DNA of 45,983 nucleotides from Octopus bimaculoides (Eukaryota), in the NCBI RefSeq assembly GCF_001194135.2, contig NC_068984.1, positions 96,751,837-96,797,819 on the forward strand, in the 5' to 3' direction. Position 1 is the first letter of the stretch; each line of letters begins with the position of its first letter. Below, one piece after another: positions 34,936 through 45,983 of the stretch. A model generated the notes under the pieces. That model did not search any database, was not told the origin of the DNA, and saw only the letters and a list, made by a program, of their open reading frames with translations. The position numbers were made by a program, and so were the translations under genes.

Positions 34936-35640
34936 TTATTGAATAAAATAAAACTTGACAATTAAAACATGTGTTTAGTATAATTCATTGTTAATGCGAC
35001 TGTTCCGCTTGACAATATTTTACAGACATGTGCTGTCAAGTGAAGAGTAGCAGCTTTGTACATCTGCTTCTTTTTTCCATCTTTCTGTATCCTTCGTTCA
35101 GACTCTTAGTCTTCTAAGTGATAAAGAAAAATCTTGTCTTACTTGCTCACTCGTATCATTTCAGTGCTTCCAAGAACTGCCTTCATATCAGAAGAAAACG
35201 TACAATTATGTTAATATGTTTGCAATTTAAATAAACTCCTTAGACTGGAGGTTAGTAAGGAGAGGAGTCTCACTCTCCTTTAATAGCTAATCTACACACT
35301 GCAGCTATTCAGACCTTGTGTGAGAAATTATAATTATTAAAACGCATACAATAATTTTTTTTCTGCTGTAGAGAATGTTTTTCAATGATTTTCGCACCAG
35401 TTTAATAGTTAGATATGTATTACCAGCTTAGTATATAAAAAAAGACACATGTCTATTCAAAGTAAAGCTAAATGTAAAGTTGTATAATGCTTTGCTCTTT
35501 GGAAATTGTGAAGCTTTCAAAAAATAAGGGCATTTAGTTTTGTACCTGTTTGTTTAGATGGAGTAGGGAGGCTCAATCTGAAATATATTTTAAAGTTATC
35601 GTATGATTGGTACATATCTACCAATACGTATATGCACACT

Positions 35641-35788
35641 CATACATACATACATACATACATACATACATACATACATACATACATACATACATGCATG
35701 CATGCATACATACATACATACATACGTACGTACGTACATACATACATACATACATACATACATACATACATACATACATACATACATA
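35641..35788. repeat. (TACA)n microsatellite
   Basis: Visible. Other (TACA)n tracts lie at 11826-11882, 16690-16780, 17275-17333, 17650-17703, 18390-18436 and 26637-26695. Confidence 0.95.
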
Positions 35789-36082
35789 CGTCTCCGAAAC
35801 TTAGTGATTCAGCAACAGAGACCAATGGAATAAGTATCAGACTTTAAAAAGAAAAAAAGTACTGGAGTCTATTCGTTCGACTAAAACCCTTCAACTCCAT
35901 ACCCAGCATGGCTGCAGTCAAAAAATTAAGAAAAAGTAAAAGATAATTTTTAAAATGATAGAAGATATGTATGTGAGTATGCATAAGTGTTCAAATTTAC
36001 ATGTGCACATGCGAATGTATTATTTTTCAAAATTTCACGTACGTCTATGCGAACGAATGTTTGTGTGTGAGTGTGTGTATGA

Positions 36083-36174
36083 AAGAGAGAGAGAGGGAGA
36101 AAGTGAGAGAGAGAGAGGGGAGAAAGAGAGAGAGAGGGAGAAAGAGAGAGAGAGAGAGAGGGAGNNNNNNNNNN

Positions 36175-36213
<39 letters not shown>

Positions 36214-36389
36214 AAGAAAGAGAGAGAGAGGGAGAAAGAGAGAGAGGGAGAAAGAGAGTGAGAGAGAATTGGTAAGTCAATATGTATATATGTGTTTATA
36301 TGTGAGAGAGAGAGAGTGAGACAGTGAGGAGTAGGAGTTCATGAGTGTATGTGTGTATATTTGCATAGGTCTGGGGGTGGGGAAAAAAG

Positions 36390-36470
<81 letters not shown>
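36083..36470. repeat. (GA)n/(GAAA)n purine-rich microsatellites
   Basis: Visible. Also at 20796-20860, 38482-38508 and 44529-44572. Confidence 0.95.
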
Positions 36471-36933
36471 GAGTTGGGAAGGGAGTTTATTAGCCTATGT
36501 AAATGTATGTATGTCTGGGACAAACGTACCACGAGGTCTAATATTAAAGATGATACTTAGATCCGGATTAAAAAAGGATTGGCACACAGGAGGACACTAG
36601 TCTGCTGCTCTCGGCATTTCCGAGAATATCTGGCCAGGAATATTTGATTCTCATCTACTTAATGCTACGGAAATTGGAATTAAGTAAATGCCTTGCAGAT
36701 TCTTCAGATTTGGAACAGGACGCTAAAAAGAGACCGGGAAAAGTAAGAGAAAAGTCAAAGTTTTGTAATGATAAGCAAAATTAAATGTGAGGAATCTGAA
36801 ATTTAATCTGAAAGATCTTAATTGAAATATTCAGAAGTACGATTGTATACATAATGTAATATGATATTATACAATATATGATGCGTGTATGGTATGTATG
36901 TAGGTGTGAGCATGTCTGTACATGTGTATAGAC

Positions 36934-37022
<89 letters not shown>

Positions 37023-38480
37023 GATATAATGTGTGTCGGGAATCAGGTAACTAGATTGTCTTCTCTGGCAAGAATTTCATAAAATAAATCTTGTCAATAA
37101 AAATACAGAACTGCAATAAAAATATCAATAATACAATAAGAAGACAAGAGTTTCAGAAAACTGGTCCATTTATTTTCTCTACATTTTGTATTCCTGCCAT
37201 TTTTCTGGTCATTTCCGCTAATATTTTACAACTGGAGACTCTCGTGATATAATCCGCGGCGACCATCTTGTTTTTATTGTTGTCTGCTTGAAATAACCAT
37301 AACCAGCTGAGTTCGGGTTACAAATTAACGTAAAGTATAGTTGTAGGGAGGAAGAAAGTTTAGTGTGGCACCAACTGAAAGCTTGGTCCGTCTGCATTTG
37401 CTATTATTAGAAAATATTTTGGAGTAACGAGTTATCAGGGCAATATATTTCTATCAGCATGTGAGATAACGACTACTAGTTTTGTTTTCTGACTGGAACA
37501 CAAAGCCAATTATTGAAATAAAGATAATAAAGGTTATTAAATCGATTTGACTCACTAAAATATTAGTGTAATGTTAAATGTGACCAAAGGTAATGATATG
37601 AATGTGGTTAACAGTCCGATATTTGATTTCATCAGTTCTATTCATTAGTATATTTAAGATTATTTTATCGTCTCTAAACCAACAAACACAGGATAAAAAG
37701 TTTCACAACTATTGACTTGCAGAAATGTGAGCACAAGAAAGATAAGTATCTTCATCCTACATTATTTATTCAGTTATTGTACCCCCGACATTCTAACAAC
37801 AGTACCCCAACAACCACAATGTATTGTAAGTTTACAATTGGGTGGTTATAGACACAGGTTTATATTTTAGATCAAGAAAAATCTTAATGTTCGGACGTTA
37901 ATGCCATTCACAGGAAGTGAAGTGAGATAGATTTTAAACTGGAATCATTACTAGGGGCCAGCAAAAGAGCCGCGATGCATTTGTTAGTCATACAAGAAAT
38001 AGTAGTCAAATCTCAGCCAATCTCATCACCACCAATAATCTTAAATAAAGAAGCATATATTCGAGAATATCATTTTTTTTATATAGAAAAAGACAGGATT
38101 GTCACAGCTGGAGTGTCTTTGATCACGGTTCTTATGGATCATAGCTGAAAACATGGAGGAGAACTACAATCACGTACAACTTGATATATGTGTCACTTTT
38201 TCAACAGTTTGTTTGGGCGGACACCTCTCCAAGGTATCCGACAGAGATGAAATTTCCCATAAAACCGCCTAATCTCTAGCGGGAGTGACAACTCATTGTT
38301 ACTTGATTTTGTTTTCTATTTTTAGGATCTAAAAGGGTGGAGCATCATCTTTGGTGAATTAATCACGTCTTTATGAATGAGGTTAGTCACAATCCCCCTG
38401 TTTTGGTACAAAAGGGTCAACACTAGCATAAATATAATGGAAACATGAGAACCGATCTCTAGCCTCATCTATGTCGTAAT

Positions 38481-38511
<31 letters not shown>

Positions 38512-39194
38512 NNNNNNNNNNNNNNNNNNNNNNNNNNNNNNNNNNNNNNNNNNNNNNNNNNNNNNNNNNNNNNNNNNNNNNNNNNNNNNNNNNNNNNNNN
38601 NNNNNNNNNNNNNNNNNNNNNNNNNNNNNNNNNNNNNNNNNNNNNNNNNNNNNNNNNNNNNNNNNNNNNNNNNNNNNNNNNNNNNNNNNNNNNNNNNNNN
38701 NNNNNNNNNNNNNNNNNNNNNNNNNNNNNNNNNNNNNNNNNNNNNNNNNNNNNNNNNNNNNNNNNNNNNNNNNNNNNNNNNNNNNNNNNNNNNNNNNNNN
38801 NNNNNNNNNNNNNNNNNNNNNNNNNNNNNNNNNNNNNNNNNNNNNNNNNNNNNNNNNNNNNNNNNNNNNNNNTGTTGCCATTAATGGAAATAGACGCTAT
38901 GAAACGCCATTGAATAAAAGGGTAGTTACTCTAATAGGTAGAAAAAGAAAAAAAGGAAAAAGGAAAAAAATTTTTAAAATACACGCAACCATATTCTCAC
39001 AATACATAGATATAAACCTCCTGCGTTCATAACGTCTACGCACGTACACACTCACACAGACATGTATACGTACATGCACATTCACACACATATATATGTA
39101 TATGTGTACGCAACTTCATCCACATATACACATTGGTATTTGCATGCATACACGTAACATATTACATATATATTTAAACATTTATACATATAAA

Positions 39195-39505
39195 TATTGA
39201 GGAAAATTTCAAAGCAAGGTTTAACAATCACACCTTAAGCTTCAGACACTGGAATAAACAAAAAAACAGTCAAATTATCCAGTTTTATATGGTTCTTAAA
39301 AGAACAAGGTGTTAGCTATAGGAATTACTAGAAGATCTTAGCCAAGTGTAAACCTTATACCAACGGTAGTGGCAAGTGCGGCTTTTGTAATTTGGAAAGA
39401 TGGCTCATCTGGAAAAGAACCTTGGACCCCGCTACATGTCTAAATTCAAGAACTGAATTTTTTTAATCATGTCCACATGTGATAAAATACCTGTTATGGT
39501 TTGGG
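39195..39505 (+). mobile_element. Penelope-like GIY-YIG endonuclease C-terminal fragment
   Basis: FKARFNNHTLSFRH..KLSSFIWFLKE..KILAKCKPYTNGSGKCGFCNLER..LNSRTEFF. Confidence 0.8.
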
Positions 39506-39875
39506 GCCCCACCAAGATCACGGCTAAAATCCACATTTTTACTATGTTCCTGCACAAGTTTCTCATATGTCTTAACTTCTTTTAATTTTTTATATATATA
39601 TAAATTTTTATATATTTTTTCCTTTTTTCCTTTTTAATTGTGTGAATGTGTACGTGTATGAGTATATGTATACGTATGTATATATTTTATATGTATATGT
39701 GTGTACGTGTGTATATATGTGTATGTCTATATGTATGTATATGAGTGTAAGACTGTGTCCGGTGCATAAGTGCTATTTTCATGCACACGTCCCCTTCGTT
39801 TATACGGATATGCATATATTTATATATGTGCGGGTGTATGTGTGTGATAGGAGGATGTATATGCATGTATATATG

Positions 39876-40519
39876 CAGGGTGTCCCAAAAAAATGCATAC
39901 ATACTTTAGCAGCTGATAACTCAATTGACGTTTTTTTTTCTTTTCAGTTGAAACCCATTGGAATTAATGATGGCAGTCAGATTAAGCTTTGAACAAAGGA
40001 AATTCATTCTAAAATGCTACTGAAAGTGTGAAAACGCAGTTGAAGTGCAGGGACAGTTTAGGAGGGAGTTTCAAACAGATCCACCAATGCGACTCACCAT
40101 CACTCGAATTAGAGATAAGTTTGAAGCCGATGGAACTGTTCAGAATGTCCACGAGAAGCATTCCAGAAGACCACGAACATCAATAACCCTCACAAAGTAA
40201 GAGAATGTACTGGAAAGGTATCACCAAAGTAAAAAAAAATCTGTACAGCAAGCGAGTCATGAGGCAGGTATTCCAAAATAGTCTGTCTAACGCATTAGAG
40301 AAGAATTTGAAGATGAGGAATTCTATTTTCAGCAAGATGCCCCCACACACACACACACATACACACACTACCATCACTATGTTAGATCCTTCCTTGATGA
40401 GATCCTGCCAAACAGGTGGATTGGACAAAGAGGTTTCGTTGAATACCCTCCGCGTTCACCAGACCTCATACCACAAGACTTTTTTAATGGAGATACCTAA
40501 AAGACTAAGTCTACACTAT
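39876..40519 (+). mobile_element. Tc1/mariner (rosa/maT-type) element, internally deleted, runs into a gap
   Basis: TIR cagggtgtcccaaaaaa; MAVRLSFEQRKFILKCY..IRDKFEADGTVQ..RPRTS; FYFQQD..RWIGQRGFVEYPPRSPDL. Confidence 0.85.
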
Positions 40520-41269
40520 NNNNNNNNNNNNNNNNNNNNNNNNNNNNNNNNNNNNNNNNNNNNNNNNNNNNNNNNNNNNNNNNNNNNNNNNNNNNNNNNN
40601 NNNNNNNNNNNNNNNNNNNNNNNNNNNNNNNNNNNNNNNNNNNNNNNNNNNNNNNNNNNNNNNNNNNNNNNNNNNNNNNNNNNNNNNNNNNNNNNNNNNN
40701 NNNNNNNNNNNNNNNNNNNNNNNNNNNNNNNNNNNNNNNNNNNNNNNNNNNNNNNNNNNNNNNNNNNNNNNNNNNNNNNNNNNNNNNNNNNNNNNNNNNN
40801 NNNNNNNNNNNNNNNNNNNNNNNNNNNNNNNNNNNNNNNNNNNNNNNNNNNNNNNNNNNNNNNNNNNNNNNNNNNNNNNNNNNNNNNNNNNNNNNNNNNN
40901 NNNNNNNNNNNNNNNNNNNNNNNNNNNNNNNNNNNNNNNNNNNNNNNNNNNNNNNNNNNNNNNNNNNNNNNNNNNNNNNNNNNNNNNNNNNNNNNNNNNN
41001 NNNNNNNNNNNNNNNNNNNNNNNNNNNNNNNNNNNNNNNNNNNNNNNNNNNNNNNNNNNNNNNNNNNNNNNNNNNNNNNNNNNNNNNNNNNNNNNNNNNN
41101 NNNNNNNNNNNNNNNNNNNNNNNNNNNNNNNNNNNNNNNNNNNNNNNNNNNNNNNNNNNNNNNNNNNNNNNNNNNNNNNNNNNNNNNNNNNNNNNNNNNN
41201 NNNNNNNNNNNNNNNNNNNNNNNNNNNNNNNNNNNNNNNNNNNNNNNNNNNNNNNNNNNNNNNNAAATT

Positions 41270-41714
41270 TAAAGATCAAAATCTCTAGTGCGTACTATAT
41301 GCGAGTTTAAAAATGAAAAATATTTTCAAAGCAATGTCCGAGTCTCTATTTGCTGTCCGGCAATGTTTATTCAGACGCATTTTGTGATGTTGGGCTTGTA
41401 ACTGATAGTGATAAATACGTAAAGGCAATTTATTTGATATTTATTTTTCACTGACGTTATTGCTGTTATTTCTTTATTTTCTGCAAACAAAGTGCACAAA
41501 AAAGCTACACGTTTGCATTATGTTATAAATACAATAATAATAAAGGACGTTACTGTATATATGTTTACAACCAAGGACATTATATAGACCTCCTTGACTC
41601 AAGCAAGAGAAGGGGTGCGTATTATACACAAGGTTTAGGTTTTTCAGAGGTACAGCCCCCTAAATATCCCCTGCATATTATACTCAAAGGCGGACTATAC
41701 TCGAGGATTTACGG
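41270..41714 (+). mobile_element. Right end of a pogo/Tc2-like DNA transposon
   Basis: Terminal gcggactatactcgaggatttacgg|ta with subterminal gcgtattatac repeats, typical of Tc2/pogo TIRs. The left boundary is uncertain. Confidence 0.5.
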
Positions 41715-42193
41715 TATATGTACATATATACATACATATATATNNNNNNNNNNNNNNNNNNNNNNNNNNNNNNNNNNNNNNNNNNNNNNNNNNNNNNNNN
41801 NNNNNNNNNNNNNNNNNNNNNNNNNNNNNNNNNNNNNNNNNNNNNNNNNNNNNNNNNNNNNNNNNNNNNNNNNNNNNNNATACCGGAAGAAATCCCTAAT
41901 TACCTCCCCCTATCTAGAACTCTTCTTTCTCAGACTGGAACGAACACGACACAATGAAGTAGAGAAATTTGAAAAGACAACACGAAACCGGTTAATTCTC
42001 AAAATACAATGTTTATATACCAAAAAGATTTTATAACATTTTCCTAACATTTTTCTTACATTTTTCTGACATAATTTAAATATATACTTTAACCATGTAA
42101 CACAAGCCTTCTGTAGTTTTTTCACTCTTATTATCTTTTATATCTATATATATATATACTTTATTTAAAAGCAGCAGAAATATAACAAAAAAA

Positions 42194-42222
42194 CCGTTAC
42201 TCTGAGTTTCACGTTCCCGTTC
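42194..42222 (-). ncRNA. 3' half of a hammerhead motif (truncated)
   Basis: The minus strand reads acgt GAAACTC A GAGT A acgg, the same architecture as 12792-12812. There is no CUGANGA half. Confidence 0.4.
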
Positions 42223-42371
42223 ATATACGTATATCTATATGTATAAATGTCTAAATATATATGTATTATGTTACGTGTATGCATTAAAACACCTACGTGT
42301 TGATGAGGATGAAGTTGCGTACACACACACAAGTACGTATACACATGCCTAGGCAGTAATATTTGCTATGA

Positions 42372-42576
42372 TGAAGGCGGTGAGCTGGCAGAATCATCAT
42401 CACACTGCATTTCGTCCGCCTTTACATTCTGAGTTCAAATTGTGCCGAGGTCGGTTTTGCCGTTCATCTTTTCGGGTCGATAAAATAAGTACCGGTTGAG
42501 CACTGGAATCGTTGTAATCGACTTACCCACTCCTCCGAAATTGCTGGCTTTGTGCCAAAAATTGAAACCAATATTT
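42372..42576 (+). mobile_element. Family-1 SINE (tail B)
   Basis: ggcggtgagctggcagaatc..gagttcaaattgtgccgagg..aaattgctggctttgtgccaaaaattgaaacc. Confidence 0.85.
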
Positions 42577-43664
42577 GCAATATTTAATTGATAGTTTTTC
42601 ATAACTTTAAGTAAAGTAGAATTGCACTCACATTTTCGTTTGTTTTGTTTTGCTTTTACTTACAAAACTGAGTCGGTAAACAATACAATGCATCGTAACG
42701 ATTGTAGGATATTTTTTTTAATGTGCAGCGAGGCCTTTATGCCTTTCGATCATTGGCACCATCAATTGGAATCGATATCAGATTTTCTAATAGATCTTTA
42801 TTTTCATTAAACTTGAATCTTAAAGCAATAAAAATAAATTCACCAATCGTGTTCGTTGGTAATTTTACAATTCTTTCAGCTTACAGAACCATAAATGAAA
42901 TAATGTATATACATGAGAAAGGCATTGTTATCGACAATTGCTATTCAGATACTATTTTTACTGGGGGGGGGGGTATCTTTCAACGTATTGTTATTTAATA
43001 TTTGGATATTTCATCAATTTGTCTTCGAAATTCTGTTTAATGGTAAACTTAATTAGATATCTCAAGGATCCTCGTGCATTATATTTGAAATACTAGTTCC
43101 CGACCTTTCAATGAATTGTATGACTGCAGACATTTTTTGCAACAATTCTTGCGATCTCATAGCACATTGCTTCGTCTAAGTTGTCTTTTTCTTTTCTTTT
43201 CTTTTATTTTTAAAAATGTTTCAATTGAGTTGCTGGTGAAAACTGGTCTTCAGTTTTTTAAAATAGCAGACGTTTTATTACTTTTGTCTGGATGTTTCTT
43301 TATAAACGATCAGGATCAAGAGGGCATGCGGGTTTAAGATTTCATTTGAAAGTGTACTATCAAATAAAAAAAACTCAACGTTTTTGAATCGAAAACGCTT
43401 TCAATAAAACCATATTATAGAATTCACCATATTACTGGAACTGCAAAGATAATTGTTATGTACGCACGTGAGTGAGTTTATATGTAAGGGTGCCAGTGTA
43501 TGCATATGTGTATACACACGCGCGCGCACACACACATACGATACAAATTAGATAATATTTTTTCGAACGCAGAAAAGCTGTTAGAGCAGCAGAAATACTG
43601 GGTAAAGCGGGAAAAATTGTCGTCAACCAGCCATAATTATACATGAGAATGTGTGCATTAATTT

Positions 43665-43880
43665 ATACATAATTTCGGCACAAGACCAGCAATTTCGAAA
43701 GAGCGGATAAGTTGATTACATTGACCCCAGTACTCAACAGGTACGTATTTTATCGACCACCAAAAGGATGAAGGGCAAAGTAGACCTCGGTGGAATTTAA
43801 ATTCAGAACGTGAAGACGGACGAAATGTCGCTATGCATTTCGCACGGCGTGCTAACGATTCGGCCAACTCACCACCTTAG
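43665..43880 (-). mobile_element. Family-1 SINE (tail B)
   Basis: Reverse complement of the full head, core and tail. Confidence 0.85.
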
Positions 43881-44287
43881 TCTGCCTGTTAATATTCCAT
43901 ATAACAACTCAATCCTCTGAATATACATTCTTACACGAGACTAGCAAGTACAAGTTACTTTTCTTAAGCAAATTAGCGAAATTATAAAATTAGGTTGACT
44001 TAAAAACAACACAGAAGTATGAATTCTGTGATTGACAGAAAACTGAAGATGGTGAATGTCAGTTAACTAACAAGTGATACGCGCACACTTTCTTTATATT
44101 ACTCTCTCATTTACACACATACACACATATTCACATATATACAAACGTACACAAACATTAACACAAATACACTTGCACGTAAACACAGTCAACAATCGAA
44201 CATGTCTAAAATTATGATAAAAGATTGTTCTCCACATTGTTAGAGGTTGACACTTGATTCTAATTATAACTACAACGTAACAAAGTA

Positions 44288-44348
44288 ACAGTAGCAGAAA
44301 CAGCAGCAGTAGCAAAAGTAGCAACAGCAGTAGCAGCAAAAGTGGCAG

Positions 44349-44381
<33 letters not shown>

Positions 44382-44396
44382 TAGTAGTAGTAGTAT

Positions 44397-44450
<54 letters not shown>
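44288..44450. repeat. (CAG)n/(TAG)n trinucleotide tract
   Basis: Visible. A similar (TAG)n(TTG)n tract lies at 22594-22645. Confidence 0.95.
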
Positions 44451-44451
<1 letters not shown>

Positions 44452-44524
44452 TTGTTTAATAAAATACATTGTGAAAAAGGAACAGAAGAAATATGCTCTT
44501 AGGACTCGTTAAGAATTTCCGGAA

Positions 44525-44580
<56 letters not shown>

Positions 44581-44789
44581 CTGTTAACTTAAATGTTACA
44601 TTAGAAAAGAGAGAGAGGTGGGGAGAGAGAAAAAGAGAGAAAACAGAAAGGTTTTCATTTCCGTTCTGTTATTGTATTAATCCTGAAAGGCTTTTTCTCT
44701 CACAATCGATTCCACGTTCTGCCCTACCACCGCTTGTAATGTCCCCTTCATCAATGCTGCCTAGTAGCATAGTAAAAAATAAAAATGAT

Positions 44790-44995
44790 GAAAGCTGTGG
44801 ATTAGCAGATCATTAGAGCGTCAGAGAAAATAGCTTACGGTTTTTTTCTGACTCATTACGTTTTGATTTCTAGTCCCGACGAGGTCAAATTTTACTTTCA
44901 CGCTTTTGAACTTTTAAAATAGGTATCAGTTGAACACGTAATCGACTTTCTCTTCACCTCAAAATTGCTGAATTTGTGCTAAAATTAAAAATGTT
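44790..44995 (+). mobile_element. Family-1 SINE, old degenerate copy
   Basis: cattagagcgtcagagaaaatagctt..cccgacgaggtcaaattttactttca..caaaattgctgaatttgtgctaaaatt. Confidence 0.6.
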
Positions 44996-45079
44996 ATTAT
45001 CATTATTATTTGCTTTTAATCTGCATGTTCGTTACAATCACTTGCCGAGAAACACCCAGCATCCTAGGGCGAATAAAAG

Positions 45080-45690
45080 ATAAGAGATGTTACAGTACGA
45101 CTGAAAGCTTGGGGTGTTGTTGTGCGAGAGTACGACACCCACTGGCGAGAATGAACTGGACCATTACATATAAATAGTAGCGGTCTGAGTAAGTGAGGAA
45201 GTTCGGCGGATGAGCTTGTGTGGTAGAGTTTCAGTGTGCTACATTAAGCTCTTTGACGAACCAACAGGGGCAAACGGTAACTGAACCCGAAGAGATGTGT
45301 ACGGCCTTACACAAGCAATTCGCCGGACTGTTTCGGGAGCAAGGGACCGGAGCGTAGGAAGGACCTCACGGACTTCCTTGCCGGTATACCACGCCTCTCG
45401 GAGGGGAGGGAGTGCTGCGAAGGGCCGTTCACCGCTGCGGAAGTGAAGGAGGCATTATTGAAGTGTAGTGGGACAGGTCACTGGATCGCGATGGTCTCCC
45501 CTATGACTTGTACTATACTATGCCAGACTTGTTTGGGCACTTGCTGATTTGTGTCTTCAATAACTGGCAGTGGAACGGGAGTATTCCTGCGTATGTAAGC
45601 CAAGGAGTGGTGGTACTGATCAGAAAGGACTCAAACAAGGAGGACGTAATTGACAACTTTAGGCCGATGCAGCACGGAATTTTGTCAGTG
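45080..45690 (+). mobile_element. Tx1/L1-clade LINE ORF2 internal fragment (pre-RT and RT start)
   Basis: VTEPEEMC..ECCEGPFTAAEVKEAL..DGLPYDLYYTMPDLFGHLL..SQGVVVLIRKDSNKEDVIDNFRP. Confidence 0.8.
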
Positions 45691-45983
45691 AACAGGTAGT
45701 GGTCTCAAAGCGACGAAAATATTTTGACAAAATGAACTTTAAATGTTGAAGAGAATCTAACGGTTTTGTGTGTTTCTTAAACGGCTTATAAACACCTTCC
45801 ACGCTGCAATTATATTAATGTGTCCAACTGATTAAAAAATTCTATTTATTTATTTATGCAACTGAGGATAGCTCTGCGTTTAAATTGATATAATGATTGC
45901 ATTATTCAATTAAATGGAGCCGCTTGAAACGGTCGTACTGCATCACGTCTGGATATCTTTTTGCTTATTTTGACTATATATAT

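Noticed and set aside
40205-41279. Long ORFs containing X runs (also at 5265, 12752, 13953, 15487, 17928, 20568, 27202 and 38465)
   Set aside because: They are open only because they span N gaps.

Overview
This is repeat-dominated eukaryotic genomic DNA from a gapped, microsatellite-rich draft assembly. The SINE and microsatellite repertoire strongly suggests an octopus (coleoid cephalopod) genome, which is inferred from remembered repeat families and not from a search. I find no intact protein-coding gene; nearly all long ORFs in the track are microsatellite or N-gap artefacts. The window holds decayed transposons: R4/Dong-type LINEs (three families), RTE, Tx1/L1, Penelope-like elements (PLEs), a Mag-type Gypsy deletion derivative, Helitron, several Tc1/mariner, pogo/Tc2, hAT, an AT-target MITE and many tRNA-derived SINEs. 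The most interesting signal is a recurring set of minimal hammerhead-ribozyme (HHR) motifs with palindromic stem III, in several different sequence contexts. Three of these contexts are head-to-head inverted repeats. The best case is a 551-bp tRNA-head + (AAT)n + HHR palindrome flanked by a 12-bp target-site duplication (32694-33268). Weak splice and promoter signals near 36.7-38.4 kb may belong to a host gene.
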